Shown here: in pieces, positions 20,854 to 30,772 of the stretch | Numbering within the stretch: position 1 is the first letter of the stretch | Layout: the number at the start of each line of letters is the position of its first letter | DNA from: Microcoleus sp. | GTDB taxonomy: Bacteria; Cyanobacteriota; Cyanobacteriia; Cyanobacteriales; Microcoleaceae | NCBI GenBank assembly: GCA_042408215.1 | Contig: JAYFMW010000017.1 | Location: 352,001 to 416,000 of the forward strand | Direction of reading: 5' to 3' | Length of the DNA: 64,000 nucleotides | Notes under the pieces: generated by a model | The model's database searches: none | What the model was told of the DNA's origin: nothing | Seen by the model: only the letters and a program-made list of their open reading frames with translations | Made by a program: the position numbers and the translations under genes

Positions 20854-21107
20854 GGTTCATCATCCTCTATTGTGAGAGCGTATTCCTCGATTATCGCTAA
20901 GAATTGACGGACTTGATAGGGTGTCACCTCACCTTTCTTATTTTGAATGTTAACGATTTCTGGCACTTCGGGATGATTGAATATGTGATGACTGCCACTG
21001 ACTCTCGCCAGACTAAAGCCAAAGGCTTCAATCAGTGTCACCATTTCATTAAACTTGATGTTTTTTGACCCAGATAGCACCTTTTCTAAAATTTTACGTT
21101 TTTTCAT
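20850..21107 (-). CDS. hicA: HicA family mRNA interferase toxin
   Basis: FGFSLARVSGSHHIF.HP...YQVRQ with the catalytic His in GSH. Confidence 0.88.
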   Translation of the reverse strand: MKKRKILEKVLSGSKNIKFNEMVTLIEAFGFSLARVSGSHHIFNHPEVPEIVNIQNKKGEVTPYQVRQFLAIIEEYALTIEDDEP

Positions 21108-21129
21108 CGCTTTAAAAAGTTAATTAATC

Positions 21130-21576
21130 CTATTCCTCGTATAAACCAGCTTCCTCAGTCATCTCGATTAGCTGGTCTAACAGTTTACGGCGCTTGCTGT
21201 CGCGCTGTTCTTTATAAATGATTAAATCCTTAAATCGAATTCGCCGATGGGAACCTACTTTGATATAAGGAATTGCTCCTTCATCTAGCAACTTCACAAG
21301 AAATGGTCGCGATACATTCAGGATATCGGCAGCAAGCTGCGTCGTCAGTTCGCGATTGTGACGAACAATCGAAACAGCCCGATCAGATGCCATTGCTTGT
21401 ACAGCTTGACGCAGGATGTTGCAGACTGATTCTGGAATTAGAATCTCTTCTCCGTTACTTGTGACTAATTTTGGTTGTGCAGATTCTCGGCTGAGCATCT
21501 GTGCTAATTGTGCTATTGATTCTTGTTCTTTTTCTGGAAGTAAGACTGACTCTGGCGATGCTTTTTGCCTCGACAT
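21130..21576 (-). CDS. Excisionase-type HTH DNA-binding protein (antitoxin-like)
   Basis: ELTTQLAADILNVSRPFLVKLLDEGAIPY..VGSHRRI. Confidence 0.85.
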   Translation of the reverse strand: MSRQKASPESVLLPEKEQESIAQLAQMLSRESAQPKLVTSNGEEILIPESVCNILRQAVQAMASDRAVSIVRHNRELTTQLAADILNVSRPFLVKLLDEGAIPYIKVGSHRRIRFKDLIIYKEQRDSKRRKLLDQLIEMTEEAGLYEE

Positions 21577-21656
21577 AGTAATATCTATTTTTTGATTGTT
21601 TTCTTCAGGATAACACTTTTAGTGCACAAACGCAATATCCGCAACAAACGAAATAT

Positions 21657-21881
21657 TCAAACCGCTTGAAATAATCGTTCTAGCTTCTTAGTTGCTGGCA
21701 ATGCTTTACCTTCAGCCTGACAACTCTCAATTAGTAACTCCAGTACCTCTTGTGCATTATAGATAGCTTCTTCATAAGAATCTCCGTGAGTTACCGGCTG
21801 CATTACATCCTCAAATTCCGGCAAAAACACCACAAAGCACCGATCTTCTTCTGACCATTGGATAACAACTGTATATTTCAT
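21657..21881 (-). CDS. HicB family antitoxin (orphan)
   Basis: YTVVIQWSEED..FVVFLPEF...THGDSYEEA..NAQEVLE. Confidence 0.82.
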   Translation of the reverse strand: MKYTVVIQWSEEDRCFVVFLPEFEDVMQPVTHGDSYEEAIYNAQEVLELLIESCQAEGKALPATKKLERLFQAV

Positions 21882-21892
21882 GGTTCGTTAAC

Positions 21893-22441
21893 TTATCGCA
21901 TCTTTTGTTCTACTTCCTCTAGGGGCAAATCGAGAGCTTGAGCAATTTGTTCTGCCGTTAAGCCAATTTTTACCAATCGCGGTATCGTTTCTAGTTTAGC
22001 TAGCTTTCGCTCAGTTTCAATATTGTCATCCTTGCTAGTCAGATGTGTGGAAGTTTCTCTACTGATAGATTCAAATTTTTCTGATTTAGATTTTTCTTTT
22101 ACTTCTGAAGGATTAGAGCAGTGATTAATATTACCACCAATAACATAATGACCAATAATTTGACTTTTATAATGAGATTTGTCAACTCCCAATCTTTCAA
22201 TAGAAGCACGAAAATTTGACTTATTCAAATCTTCTCCCAAGACTTCAGAAATAATTTGCCAAAGTGCGTAAGCTTCATCTTTTGCATGACCTCGCGTACA
22301 TTGATATTCTTTCGCAATATCGGCGTATTTCTGACCGTTGAGAACGCCTTTAATAATTGCTCTTTGCAGACTATCGAGGTGCTTACCTGTTTGAGCGACA
22401 ACCTGTTCGTCTAAATATTTCAACACCTTTGTCACGTCCAT
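21893..22441 (-). CDS. HTH protein resembling the N-terminal HTH of cyanobacterial STAND/NB-ARC regulators
   Basis: HLDSLQRAIIKGVLNGQKYADIA...LWQIISEVLGEDLNKSNFR, plus a C-terminal GLTAEQIAQALDL HTH. Confidence 0.7.
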   Translation of the reverse strand: MDVTKVLKYLDEQVVAQTGKHLDSLQRAIIKGVLNGQKYADIAKEYQCTRGHAKDEAYALWQIISEVLGEDLNKSNFRASIERLGVDKSHYKSQIIGHYVIGGNINHCSNPSEVKEKSKSEKFESISRETSTHLTSKDDNIETERKLAKLETIPRLVKIGLTAEQIAQALDLPLEEVEQKMR

Positions 22442-22675
22442 AGTTTGCTACTTAAATGCTACTCTATCCGTCATTATCCGCTAAAATCCGCCTCCTGTAA
22501 ATATTCTTAACATAACTCCCGTCTTTATCCGCCTTTATCCGCCACTCAAAAATTATGACGCCTTTGAGATTTCAGGAATAATAAAGTATAAAAAGTGACT
22601 CCATCTTACGAGTCAGTCTTAACTAAGGCGATCGGGGTGGGTTATTGATTATAGACCTCATTCAAGGATAAAACA

Positions 22676-23128
22676 ATGAAGTTGAAGATTCTTGGCTCAG
22701 CGGCCATCGCAACCATAACTGGAGTATTTATGTCCTCTCTAGGTTTAGTGTTTACTGCTCCAGCGCGTGCAGATTTTGTTGTATGCAATAGGGCGGCTAA
22801 GAAAGCTTTTGTAGCAGTGTCGTGGACCGATCCACAAGGACAAACGTGGTCTAAAGGATGGTTACAGCTTCAACCAGGAGCTTGTGGTTCAGCTTTAAAT
22901 GGAAGAGTGAGCAATGCAGAAATAGGAGTTTATGCAGAAACTTTGAGTGGAGGGATAGTATCAGACAATACTCGTAGATGCGTCATCTGGGTGCAGGTTG
23001 AACCTTTATGGAATATTCGGGATGCTGGTAATCCCAATCGCTGTAAAGGAAGGGGAAGAGAAATGAAGGTTTTCCAGATGATCAAGACTGGTAGCAGCCC
23101 TGACTATACGTTTGAAGTGTTTGATTAG
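22676..23128 (+). CDS. DUF1036-like secreted protein
   Basis: Signal peptide ending APARA, then FVVCN, SKGW.QLQPGAC and YAE; four Cys. Confidence 0.75.
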   Translation: MKLKILGSAAIATITGVFMSSLGLVFTAPARADFVVCNRAAKKAFVAVSWTDPQGQTWSKGWLQLQPGACGSALNGRVSNAEIGVYAETLSGGIVSDNTRRCVIWVQVEPLWNIRDAGNPNRCKGRGREMKVFQMIKTGSSPDYTFEVFD

Positions 23129-23203
23129 TAAGGTGGGGTGCGTTATCAGCGGAGTACGGCATCTTGAAAAATACCGCGCTCGCTCCGGGTGCATCTCAAT
23201 TTT

Positions 23204-23278
23204 GTAAGGGCGAAGCATGACCGCAGATAATTTATGAGTTAAAAGCAGAGATTTACTGCGGTCATGCTTCGCCCCTAC
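23204..23278. repeat. GTAG-type REP-like palindrome nested in a GGGTGCATCTCAATTTT inverted repeat
   Basis: gggcgaagcatgaccgcag...ctgcggtcatgcttcgcccctac; outer arms at ~23187 and ~23307. Confidence 0.75.
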
Positions 23279-23649
23279 GGACATATTTGCAAAATTGGGA
23301 TGCTCCCGATCGCTCCTCACTTACTTCACCAACAAAGAAGGCGATCGCACTTATTTTACCAGTCATCTAACTAATTCAAGGGACGCGATCGCTCAGTTAA
23401 AATGAAGAGGACGAGGTATAAGATAATTTTTATTATCCTTTATTTCGACGATCGCCGAAACGACAAAAATACAAAAACGTAGTTTCTGCACTCCAATCGA
23501 AGAAAGAAACCGGGTTTTTACCAAATCTGCGGGCTACAACGAAGTATTATCGTAAAAAACCCGGTTTCTGGGCCCCATGTGTAAGTCCTATGACTCATCG
23601 ATCGCCAAAGAATAACGGATAATGAGATTATCGCCAACATTGAGGGAAG

Positions 23650-23811
23650 ATGACTTCTCAAACGATCGAACTTTTGGAAGATTTGCTAGGCAAGTTACAG
23701 CACTTACTCCCGGAAAATCAGCAGCTTTTGTTAACTTTTGCAGAGTTTTTACTGGAACGACAGATGCGATCGATCCCCGAAAACACTTCAGTCTACTTTA
23801 AGCAGATTTGA
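23650..23811 (+). pseudogene. Short DUF2281-like antitoxin fragment
   Basis: MTSQTIELLEDLLGKLQHLLPENQQLLLTFAEFLLER resembles the L.PE.Q..V..F.EFL antitoxin pattern. Overlaps the convergent HIRAN stop. Confidence 0.35.
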
Positions 23812-24562
23812 CCGCAATCTCTGCGATCGCGGGTTGATATTGAAAACTGGAGAAGAGACGAAAATCATCTCTACAATGGACACTCATTTTACATAACAGG
23901 CGAAACTGGAGTGGAGTAGGAGGTTTATTGACACGCTCTACCCGCACTTCTAAGTTAGAATTTTGTCGCAGCAACTCAAAAACTTCTGCTAGCAAATATC
24001 GCGGAAAATAGCCGACAATGGAGCGATCGCCAGTGTTGGAAATCAGAACCCGATCGTCGTAGGGATTTTGCACTTCACGATCGAACTCTAACGTTTCCGC
24101 CGCCTCAAACCGATCGATCCGATCGATCGCACTTCTGGGCAAATGTCGCAAACCCTGCGAAAAAAAGTAAAGATTGTACCGTCCTTCTTCGTCAACTTCC
24201 GGATCGGGAAAAACGGCAAACGTATCTGTGACTCGTTCCCCACCACTGCGAGCTAAAATTGCCATTGGGCTAGGGTCATCGTGGAGGAGGTCGAGCTGTT
24301 CGATAAAACGGGAATAATCGGGACGCGATCGCGACATAACCCGATTCGCAAATACGGGAAACAAATAAGTTGACGTATAAACCTCATCTAAGCGTGGAAA
24401 CGAAAGCAACGGTGTAAAAGCACATTTCTCTTCGGCTTCTTTTACACCTTGGGTATAAACAAATTGATAGATATTCTTATCAAAGGTTAATCGACCGATC
24501 GTAAACCAATTAGGACTGATGGGGTCTTTCCAAGCTAAGAATAGTGTTTTTGGTGTTTTCAA
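23798..24562 (-). CDS. HipS-like/HIRAN domain protein (putative partner of the HipA-like kinase)
   Basis: N-terminal LFLAW..IGRL..YQFVY and LFPVFANRV.SRSRPDY; C-terminal HIRAN-like REVQNPYD...VGYFPRYL. TTG start overlaps the kinase stop. Confidence 0.8.
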   Translation of the reverse strand: MKTPKTLFLAWKDPISPNWFTIGRLTFDKNIYQFVYTQGVKEAEEKCAFTPLLSFPRLDEVYTSTYLFPVFANRVMSRSRPDYSRFIEQLDLLHDDPSPMAILARSGGERVTDTFAVFPDPEVDEEGRYNLYFFSQGLRHLPRSAIDRIDRFEAAETLEFDREVQNPYDDRVLISNTGDRSIVGYFPRYLLAEVFELLRQNSNLEVRVERVNKPPTPLQFRLLCKMSVHCRDDFRLFSSFQYQPAIAEIAVKSA

Positions 24563-25479
24563 AGTAGTGCTTCTCTCAAAGTAAGTAACCGATGTTTGTT
24601 GATTTCAAGAATCGCCCGAGCAAAATTGCTAGCTTCGGGGGAGATGCGCGAGGGATTGATGCGATTAAAAATATTTAAAATATCGGCTGGTGAGATATTT
24701 TCAAGCTGCACTAACCACAGGCGAGCGGCTTCGGGATAGCGATGAGCCACAAGCCAGAACGTATCAAAAGTTTTAAGCGTCTTTCGATCTTCAACACTAC
24801 TATAAAACGCCGAAAAACATTTGTTTGCATAAGCTTCCGCCGAACGCTTCTGTCTTTGAGAGTCAGAGAGATCGCGTCCCAAACTTGAAGCATGGTCGTA
24901 AGTCGGTGCTAGATATTTTTTTCCTTCTGAAGTCGATGCTGTTTTCATTCGGATAACCCCCCAGTTTTCATGGTGGCGATCGCCGTTTCCGATCCACGCA
25001 TCGAGCAGAAGATAGCCAACAAACACATCGACTGCTCTTTGGATACCAGAAGGCGGTGTCCAACCAATGGGTAAATTGACAGACTCCTCTTCAATGACCC
25101 TCAACACTACATCTATTGTATGTTGCGAGATGCCATAGGTTCCAAATGTCGGATAATTCCGCACAATTGAGGAAAGAAGCTCGTTCCCGTGAACGAGTAT
25201 TCCCCCTTGTGGTACAAAGTTGAGAGAGACGATGCCGCGATCGCCTTCCCAAGTTGAAGCCAATTCGTAAATAGCATGGGGAAGTCCCAAGAGTTCGCAT
25301 AATTCCGATGCAACTTTTTCCGCCCAATCCTCTCCCAAATTGTGTCGGTTTTGTTTGTAAAGACAGCGACCAAGTTCTTCTCGATCGAACCAAAACTTGT
25401 ATTTGCTTCCTAACGTTTCATTCGAGGAAGCTTCATAAGCGTCCTGCGTCACCAGAAAGATGGGAAATTCATCGGTCAT
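24559..25479 (-). CDS. HipA-like (CtkA-type) Ser/Thr kinase
   Basis: LGSKYKFW Gly-loop, EDWAEK.A.EL..LGLPHA, DAWIGNGDRHHENWG catalytic loop and LAPTYDHASSL. Confidence 0.88.
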   Translation of the reverse strand: MTDEFPIFLVTQDAYEASSNETLGSKYKFWFDREELGRCLYKQNRHNLGEDWAEKVASELCELLGLPHAIYELASTWEGDRGIVSLNFVPQGGILVHGNELLSSIVRNYPTFGTYGISQHTIDVVLRVIEEESVNLPIGWTPPSGIQRAVDVFVGYLLLDAWIGNGDRHHENWGVIRMKTASTSEGKKYLAPTYDHASSLGRDLSDSQRQKRSAEAYANKCFSAFYSSVEDRKTLKTFDTFWLVAHRYPEAARLWLVQLENISPADILNIFNRINPSRISPEASNFARAILEINKHRLLTLREALL

Positions 25480-25619
25480 AAATCGGAAATACCGCAGCCC
25501 AACCACTTAAAATACATCGTGCCACCCTCAATCTATATTAAAGCCGGTTTCTCGACTCCTTGGCTCTTGCATCCCTCGCAGATGTACAATTAGGACGATC
25601 GCATTCCCCTAGCTCAACC

Positions 25620-26915
25620 GTGATAGACCGCTACACTCTGCCCGAAATGGGCAACATCTGGACTGAAACCGCCAAACTCAAAACCTGGCTACAAGTAGAA
25701 ATTGCTGTCTGCGAAGCTCAAGCCGAACTTGGCTACATCCCCGCCGCCGCCGTCGAAGAAATCAAAGCTAAGGCTAATTTTGACCCCAAACGAGTCCTCG
25801 AAATTGAAGCCGAAGTCCGCCATGACATGATTGCCTTCTTGACAAATGTCAACGAATATGTAGGCGATGCCGGCCGCTACATCCACCTTGGTTTAACCAG
25901 TTCCGACGTGCTCGATACCGCTTTGGCATTACAATTAGTCGCCAGCGTCAATATTTTGTTAGAACGAGTCGAAGATTTGAGCCAAGCTATTCGCTATCAG
26001 GCCCAACAACACCGCAATACCGTCATGGTTGGCCGATCGCACGGAATACACGCCGAACCCATCACCTTTGGCTTTAAACTAGCAGGATGGCTGGCCGAAG
26101 TCTTTCGCAACCGCGCCAGATTAGTCAATTTGCGATCGTCCATAGCAGTCGGCAAAATCTCCGGCGCAGTCGGAACCTATGCTAATATCGATCCGCGAAT
26201 AGAAGCGATCGCCACCCGGAACCTCGGACTCGAACCCGATACCGCATCGACTCAAGTCATTTCGCGCGATCGACACGCCGAATACGTCCAAACCTTAGCA
26301 CTGTTAGCCGCATCGATCGAACGTTTCGCAGTAGAAATTCGCAACCTACAACGCACCGACGTTCTCGAAGTCGAAGAGTTCTTTTCCAAAGGGCAAAAAG
26401 GCTCATCCGCCATGCCGCACAAACGCAACCCGATTCGATCGGAAAGACTCACCGGAATGGCAAGAATTGTCCGCGCCAACGCCGTCGCAGCCTTAGAAAA
26501 CGTGGCGCTTTGGCACGAAAGAGACATCTCTCACAGTTCCGTAGAACGGATGATTTTGCCCGACAGTTCCACTGTTACCCACTTCATGTTAGTAGAAACC
26601 ACAGACTTAGTAAAACACCTGCTAGTCTATCCCGAAAACATGAAACAAAACATGAACCTTTACGGCGGAGTCATCTTCAGCCAGCGCGTGATGTTAGCCT
26701 TAGTAGAAAAAGGCACGAGTCGCGAAGATGCCTATAAAATTGTACAATCTTGTGCTCACGAAGCCTGGAACAAGCCAGGGGGCAATTTCTACAATTTAAT
26801 TGCCAAGGACGAGCGAGTTACTGCTAAGATGACGAGCAAAGAAATTGATGATTGTTTCGATCCGCAGTACCAATTAAGGCACTTAGATTTAGTGTATCAA
26901 CGCTTGGGAATTTAA
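25620..26915 (+). CDS. purB: Adenylosuccinate lyase
   Basis: GTG start (MIDRY...); IHLGLTSSD, GRSHGIHAEP and GSSAMPHKRNP. Confidence 0.97.
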   Translation: MIDRYTLPEMGNIWTETAKLKTWLQVEIAVCEAQAELGYIPAAAVEEIKAKANFDPKRVLEIEAEVRHDMIAFLTNVNEYVGDAGRYIHLGLTSSDVLDTALALQLVASVNILLERVEDLSQAIRYQAQQHRNTVMVGRSHGIHAEPITFGFKLAGWLAEVFRNRARLVNLRSSIAVGKISGAVGTYANIDPRIEAIATRNLGLEPDTASTQVISRDRHAEYVQTLALLAASIERFAVEIRNLQRTDVLEVEEFFSKGQKGSSAMPHKRNPIRSERLTGMARIVRANAVAALENVALWHERDISHSSVERMILPDSSTVTHFMLVETTDLVKHLLVYPENMKQNMNLYGGVIFSQRVMLALVEKGTSREDAYKIVQSCAHEAWNKPGGNFYNLIAKDERVTAKMTSKEIDDCFDPQYQLRHLDLVYQRLGI

Positions 26916-27111
26916 AAACATTTTGAATTTCAGACAGTAAAAAGCAGAGAAATATTAGCCACAGAATCCTTGAATCAACCTGTGGCTTTACTCAGTAACA
27001 AGACTCACTTCTTCCTCAGAATTATTCATCTCTCTCTTCTCTTCCTCTGTGTCCTCTGCGCTCTCTGCGGTTAAATCAATCTATTCTCCAAGACTCACCA
27101 TCAGAACAGCT

Positions 27112-27837
27112 ATGAAATTTAATCGTTTTGGAAAATACCCGATCGCATTTATGCTAGTGTTGCTATGTGCGATCGGTCTGCACCATCCAACATTTGTCCG
27201 CGCCGAGGAGCCACCACAAGTGCAAATCTCCCAAACAGAACCAACCCCGATCGCACCTGAAAGCATTTTCATGAGTCAACTTCCCAATTGGGCGCGACTT
27301 GTTGATATCCGCACCATCAACCGCAACATTAGCCTCGATATTCGCTACGCCACGGCTAACAATTTCTTGAAACAAAAAATGTACCCGATCGCGAAATGTG
27401 CCTTGAGAAATTCAGTTGCTCAAAAGTTAGCGCTAGTTCAAACAGATTTAGAAAAAATCGGATTGGGTTTGAAAGTTTACGATTGCTACAGGCCTTTCTC
27501 TGTTACAAAACAAATGTGGGAATTTTTGCCAGATCCGCGCTATGTTGCTAATCCTGCTAGGGGTTCGCGGCACAATCGCGGTGCTGCTGTCGATTTGACT
27601 TTAGTCGATCGCACGGGCAAAGAATTAGAAATGCCAACACCTTACGATGATTTTACCACAAAAGCGCACAGAAATTACCAAGGAGGCAGCGCGGAATCTC
27701 GGAAAAATCGTCAATTGCTGGAAGATGCGATGAAAAAACAGGGATTTATTGGGATTAGCACAGAATGGTGGCACTTTGATTCGGAAGATTGGGAGAAATT
27801 TGCGATTCTTGATATCTCGCTTTCGGCGATTCCTTAA
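27112..27837 (+). CDS. M15 family D-alanyl-D-alanine dipeptidase (exported)
   Basis: DIRYAT.NNF, VYDCYRP, SRHNRGAAVD and EWWHF; signal peptide. Confidence 0.92.
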   Translation: MKFNRFGKYPIAFMLVLLCAIGLHHPTFVRAEEPPQVQISQTEPTPIAPESIFMSQLPNWARLVDIRTINRNISLDIRYATANNFLKQKMYPIAKCALRNSVAQKLALVQTDLEKIGLGLKVYDCYRPFSVTKQMWEFLPDPRYVANPARGSRHNRGAAVDLTLVDRTGKELEMPTPYDDFTTKAHRNYQGGSAESRKNRQLLEDAMKKQGFIGISTEWWHFDSEDWEKFAILDISLSAIP

Positions 27838-27907
27838 TTATACTATTTATTAAAAGGTAGGGACACGGCACTGCCGTGTCCTCCTGGTAGGGACACTCAA
27901 GCGTGCC

Positions 27908-28116
27908 CATTGGTGTCAACAACCAGGCTGAAACCCTTGATAAATCTCGCTTATAGGCGAAGTCTAGATCCCCCTAAATCCCCCTTAAGAAGGGGAGTAG
28001 GGGGTGACTTTGAGTACACTCTTGTTCCCCCCTTCTTAAGGGGGGCTAGGGGGGATCTAGGTCTAATGGTCAAATAGCAGGCTGGTACTACCTTTGACCT
28101 TAAGTTGACACTAATA
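27908..28116. mobile_element. CATTGGTGTCAAC MITE in a REP-like palindrome
   Basis: cattggtgtcaac...cttaagttgacactaat, inside gtagggacactcaagcgtgcc...ggcacgcttgagtgtccctac. Confidence 0.82.
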
Positions 28117-28151
28117 GGCACGCTTGAGTGTCCCTACAGATGCCAGGAAAA

Positions 28152-28997
28152 TTATCGCACTCGCACGAAAAATTCGTATTCAAATCCCCGGAAATTTGAG
28201 TCTAATTGTAATGTGTAATTGCCAGTAACAGGCATTTTTCCCGTCCACTCAGTTGGATTGTCTTTATAAGGATCTCCAGCCAAAAGTTTGCCGTTAGGAG
28301 TCATAATTTGCGGAAAAACATCTTTCCTATTCCTAACAGTCATAGTTTGACCCTTGGTGGCGCGAATTATGTAAGAATGACTGCCGCCACCAATAATTCT
28401 ACCTTTAACAATTGCCTCATCTCCTCCCGGCCGAAAATTAATCTGCTGTCTGACATTGGGACAACTGCTTTCGGTGCGGTTTTTCGCAATCCAACCGGGC
28501 ACTGGATCGGTAATTCGTAACCAGCCGTTTTGTTCTTCGGTGACGGAAACAAAGGTATTATTTTTGAGTGTTCCTACTATTTTGCTGTCGGTTACTCGTG
28601 GGTGCGATCGCACATTCAGCGGTGGATTAGGATCGCTGACTACAGCCATACTGATTTTGCAGCCCGAATTTGGAGGTGTGACAACTATCGGCTCAACTTT
28701 TGGCTTCGAGACTCCTGCGATTAGCGAAGATTCAACTGCCGAGTTTGTTGCAGGTTGGGGTTCAGATTTTTGAGATTCGATGGCCGGGGTTTTTGGCTCC
28801 AGAGGTTCCGATTTCTGAGATTCGGAGCTCGTTGTTGGAACCGCTGAAATCGTTTTTTTGTCGGATACTGACGATTCTGTCAGGGGAGGATTGGAGACTT
28901 CCATCGAACCCGACTGTATGGTGGCCCAGGCTACTCCGATCGCAGTTGACAGACCTGCTAAGCTGATGATGATGATTTGGCTAGTTTTTAATGACAT
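28152..28997 (-). CDS. Membrane-anchored bacterial SH3-domain protein
   Basis: N-terminal TM, Pro/Ser linker, LNVRSHP...GWLRI...GWI SH3b motif and a C-terminal PPC-like domain. Confidence 0.8.
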   Translation of the reverse strand: MSLKTSQIIIISLAGLSTAIGVAWATIQSGSMEVSNPPLTESSVSDKKTISAVPTTSSESQKSEPLEPKTPAIESQKSEPQPATNSAVESSLIAGVSKPKVEPIVVTPPNSGCKISMAVVSDPNPPLNVRSHPRVTDSKIVGTLKNNTFVSVTEEQNGWLRITDPVPGWIAKNRTESSCPNVRQQINFRPGGDEAIVKGRIIGGGSHSYIIRATKGQTMTVRNRKDVFPQIMTPNGKLLAGDPYKDNPTEWTGKMPVTGNYTLQLDSNFRGFEYEFFVRVR

Positions 28998-29190
28998 ATA
29001 TTTATACCTCTTGATCTATGTTAATAATTTTTGTTGAAAAACAGGGATCCCAGACTGTTAATTTTAGGTAAAATATCCATTAGGGACTGGTTGTTCAGAC
29101 CGATCAGATTATGATACTGTTGCTGTGAGCCAGTTGTGCGTAAATCTGGCAAGGTAAGCATCCAGGGTGAGGTTGAGCCGAGTAACTAAA

Positions 29191-30564
29191 ATGCCAAGAT
29201 TTATTTCTCACAGATTACAACCGCCTCGCGATCGATTACTCTCGGAAGTGAAGCGGGAAGTCAAAGCATCTCGATCGCAGTCTTTGCACAATGCTGTGCT
29301 GTCAAACCTCTGTCAAGAGGCTGCGCCCCCTGGTGTCAGTCGCTGTTGGGATGTGGAAGTGAAGATGAGCCACCGCCCTAGTTTTCGGCTTCCTCCCAAA
29401 GCCAGCGTTGCGAAAGTGTTCGATCGCATCGGTGGTAAATTGGTCATTTTGGGAGCCACGGGTGCAGGAAAAACCACTACACTGCTGGAATTAGCTCTGG
29501 TGTTAGTTTCCCGCGCCGAAAAAGATCCTAGTTTACCAGTACCGGTGCTGTTTGAACTCGGTACTTGGAAAGCGGAATCCGGGGCGATCGCCGATTGGTT
29601 AATTACTCAACTTAATTTCAAATACGGCATCTCTCCTGCTGTGGGTAAACAGTGGCTAGCCACACAAAAAATACTGCCTCTATTAGATGGCTTGGACGAA
29701 GTAGAAACCCACCGCCAAAATTTTTGTATTCAAGCAATAAATCTGTTTATTGGAGGCGAATTTAAACCCAAGAATTTAGTTGTTTGCAGCAGTTTTGAAG
29801 TTTACAAAAACTGCCAGACTAGGTTTAAACTGCAAGCAGCGGTTTTGTTGAAACCTCTGACAGAAACTCAAATTCACAATTATCTTTTAGCAGCCCGAAG
29901 TCGCGAACTTTGGTATAGCATTGAGCAGGATTATGAGCTAGTAAAAATGGCAAAAGCACCGTTGTTTTTAAGCATGATGGCTTTGGCCTATGAGGAGATT
30001 TTAATCGAATCTTGGAAGCGTTTAAATTCAGGAGAAGAGCAGCGAAAATACTTGTTAACTGCCTACATTCGTCGCCAAATGACAGGAGCATTTAGACTGC
30101 ATCTCAGAGGTAAGGAACTGCGATCGGAACAAATTAGGCACTGGCTGGGGTGGTTGGCGAGAAGGATGGAACAGCAAGGAACTCAAGAATTATTGCTGGA
30201 TAAAATGTCGTATCGCTGGCTGGAAACAGGCGAACAGCAGCGGGTGTATCACTTTGGAGTTAAGCTGGTTGGCGGGCTGATTTGGGTCATTTTGGGATCG
30301 ATCGCAACACTCGTTACCGGCTCAATTTGGGGATTGATTGCTGGGGCGATCGCAGCGGTAATTAGTGCTTTGTTGCCGGGAATTCCAGCCATTGAAAATA
30401 TGATCTTGCACCTAGTGCTGTGGTCTAATGGCTACATTCCTTGGAATTACAGCGGTTTTCTCGATGCTGCGGCCGATCGGTTGCTGCTGCAAAAAACCGG
30501 CGATCGGCGCTATCGATTTATTCACGATTTGTTGCAAAAGCATTTTGCTGAAATTAGTCATTAG
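29191..30564 (+). CDS. NACHT-domain NTPase with C-terminal TM region
   Basis: LVILGATGAGKTTTL Walker A, LLDGLDEV Walker B, GYIPWNY and YRFIHDLLQKHF. Confidence 0.88.
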   Translation: MPRFISHRLQPPRDRLLSEVKREVKASRSQSLHNAVLSNLCQEAAPPGVSRCWDVEVKMSHRPSFRLPPKASVAKVFDRIGGKLVILGATGAGKTTTLLELALVLVSRAEKDPSLPVPVLFELGTWKAESGAIADWLITQLNFKYGISPAVGKQWLATQKILPLLDGLDEVETHRQNFCIQAINLFIGGEFKPKNLVVCSSFEVYKNCQTRFKLQAAVLLKPLTETQIHNYLLAARSRELWYSIEQDYELVKMAKAPLFLSMMALAYEEILIESWKRLNSGEEQRKYLLTAYIRRQMTGAFRLHLRGKELRSEQIRHWLGWLARRMEQQGTQELLLDKMSYRWLETGEQQRVYHFGVKLVGGLIWVILGSIATLVTGSIWGLIAGAIAAVISALLPGIPAIENMILHLVLWSNGYIPWNYSGFLDAAADRLLLQKTGDRRYRFIHDLLQKHFAEISH

Positions 30565-30630
30565 TCATTAGTCATTAGTCATTAGTCATTAGTTATTAGT
30601 CATTAGTTATTAGTCATTAGTCATTAGTTA
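30555..30630. repeat. STRR heptamer tract (TTAGTCA)
   Basis: Tandem ttagtca/ttagtta units overlapping the NACHT stop codon. Confidence 0.88.
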
Positions 30631-30645
30631 TACAGAATGTCCAGA

Positions 30646-30746
30646 TATAGCAGTTCTCAATCTTAGTGAGGTATGCCCTATGCCCTATGCCCTATGCCCT
30701 ATGCCCGCTGATCCGAAAGCACCTCATATTACTGAGAAAGGCTATA
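30646..30746. mobile_element. TATAGC...GCTATA MITE (inverted relative of 9006-9113)
   Basis: Same terminal inverted repeats, internal tgcccta tandem. Confidence 0.75.
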
Positions 30747-30772
30747 CCAAACTTCTTCAATAAGTCTGGTAT

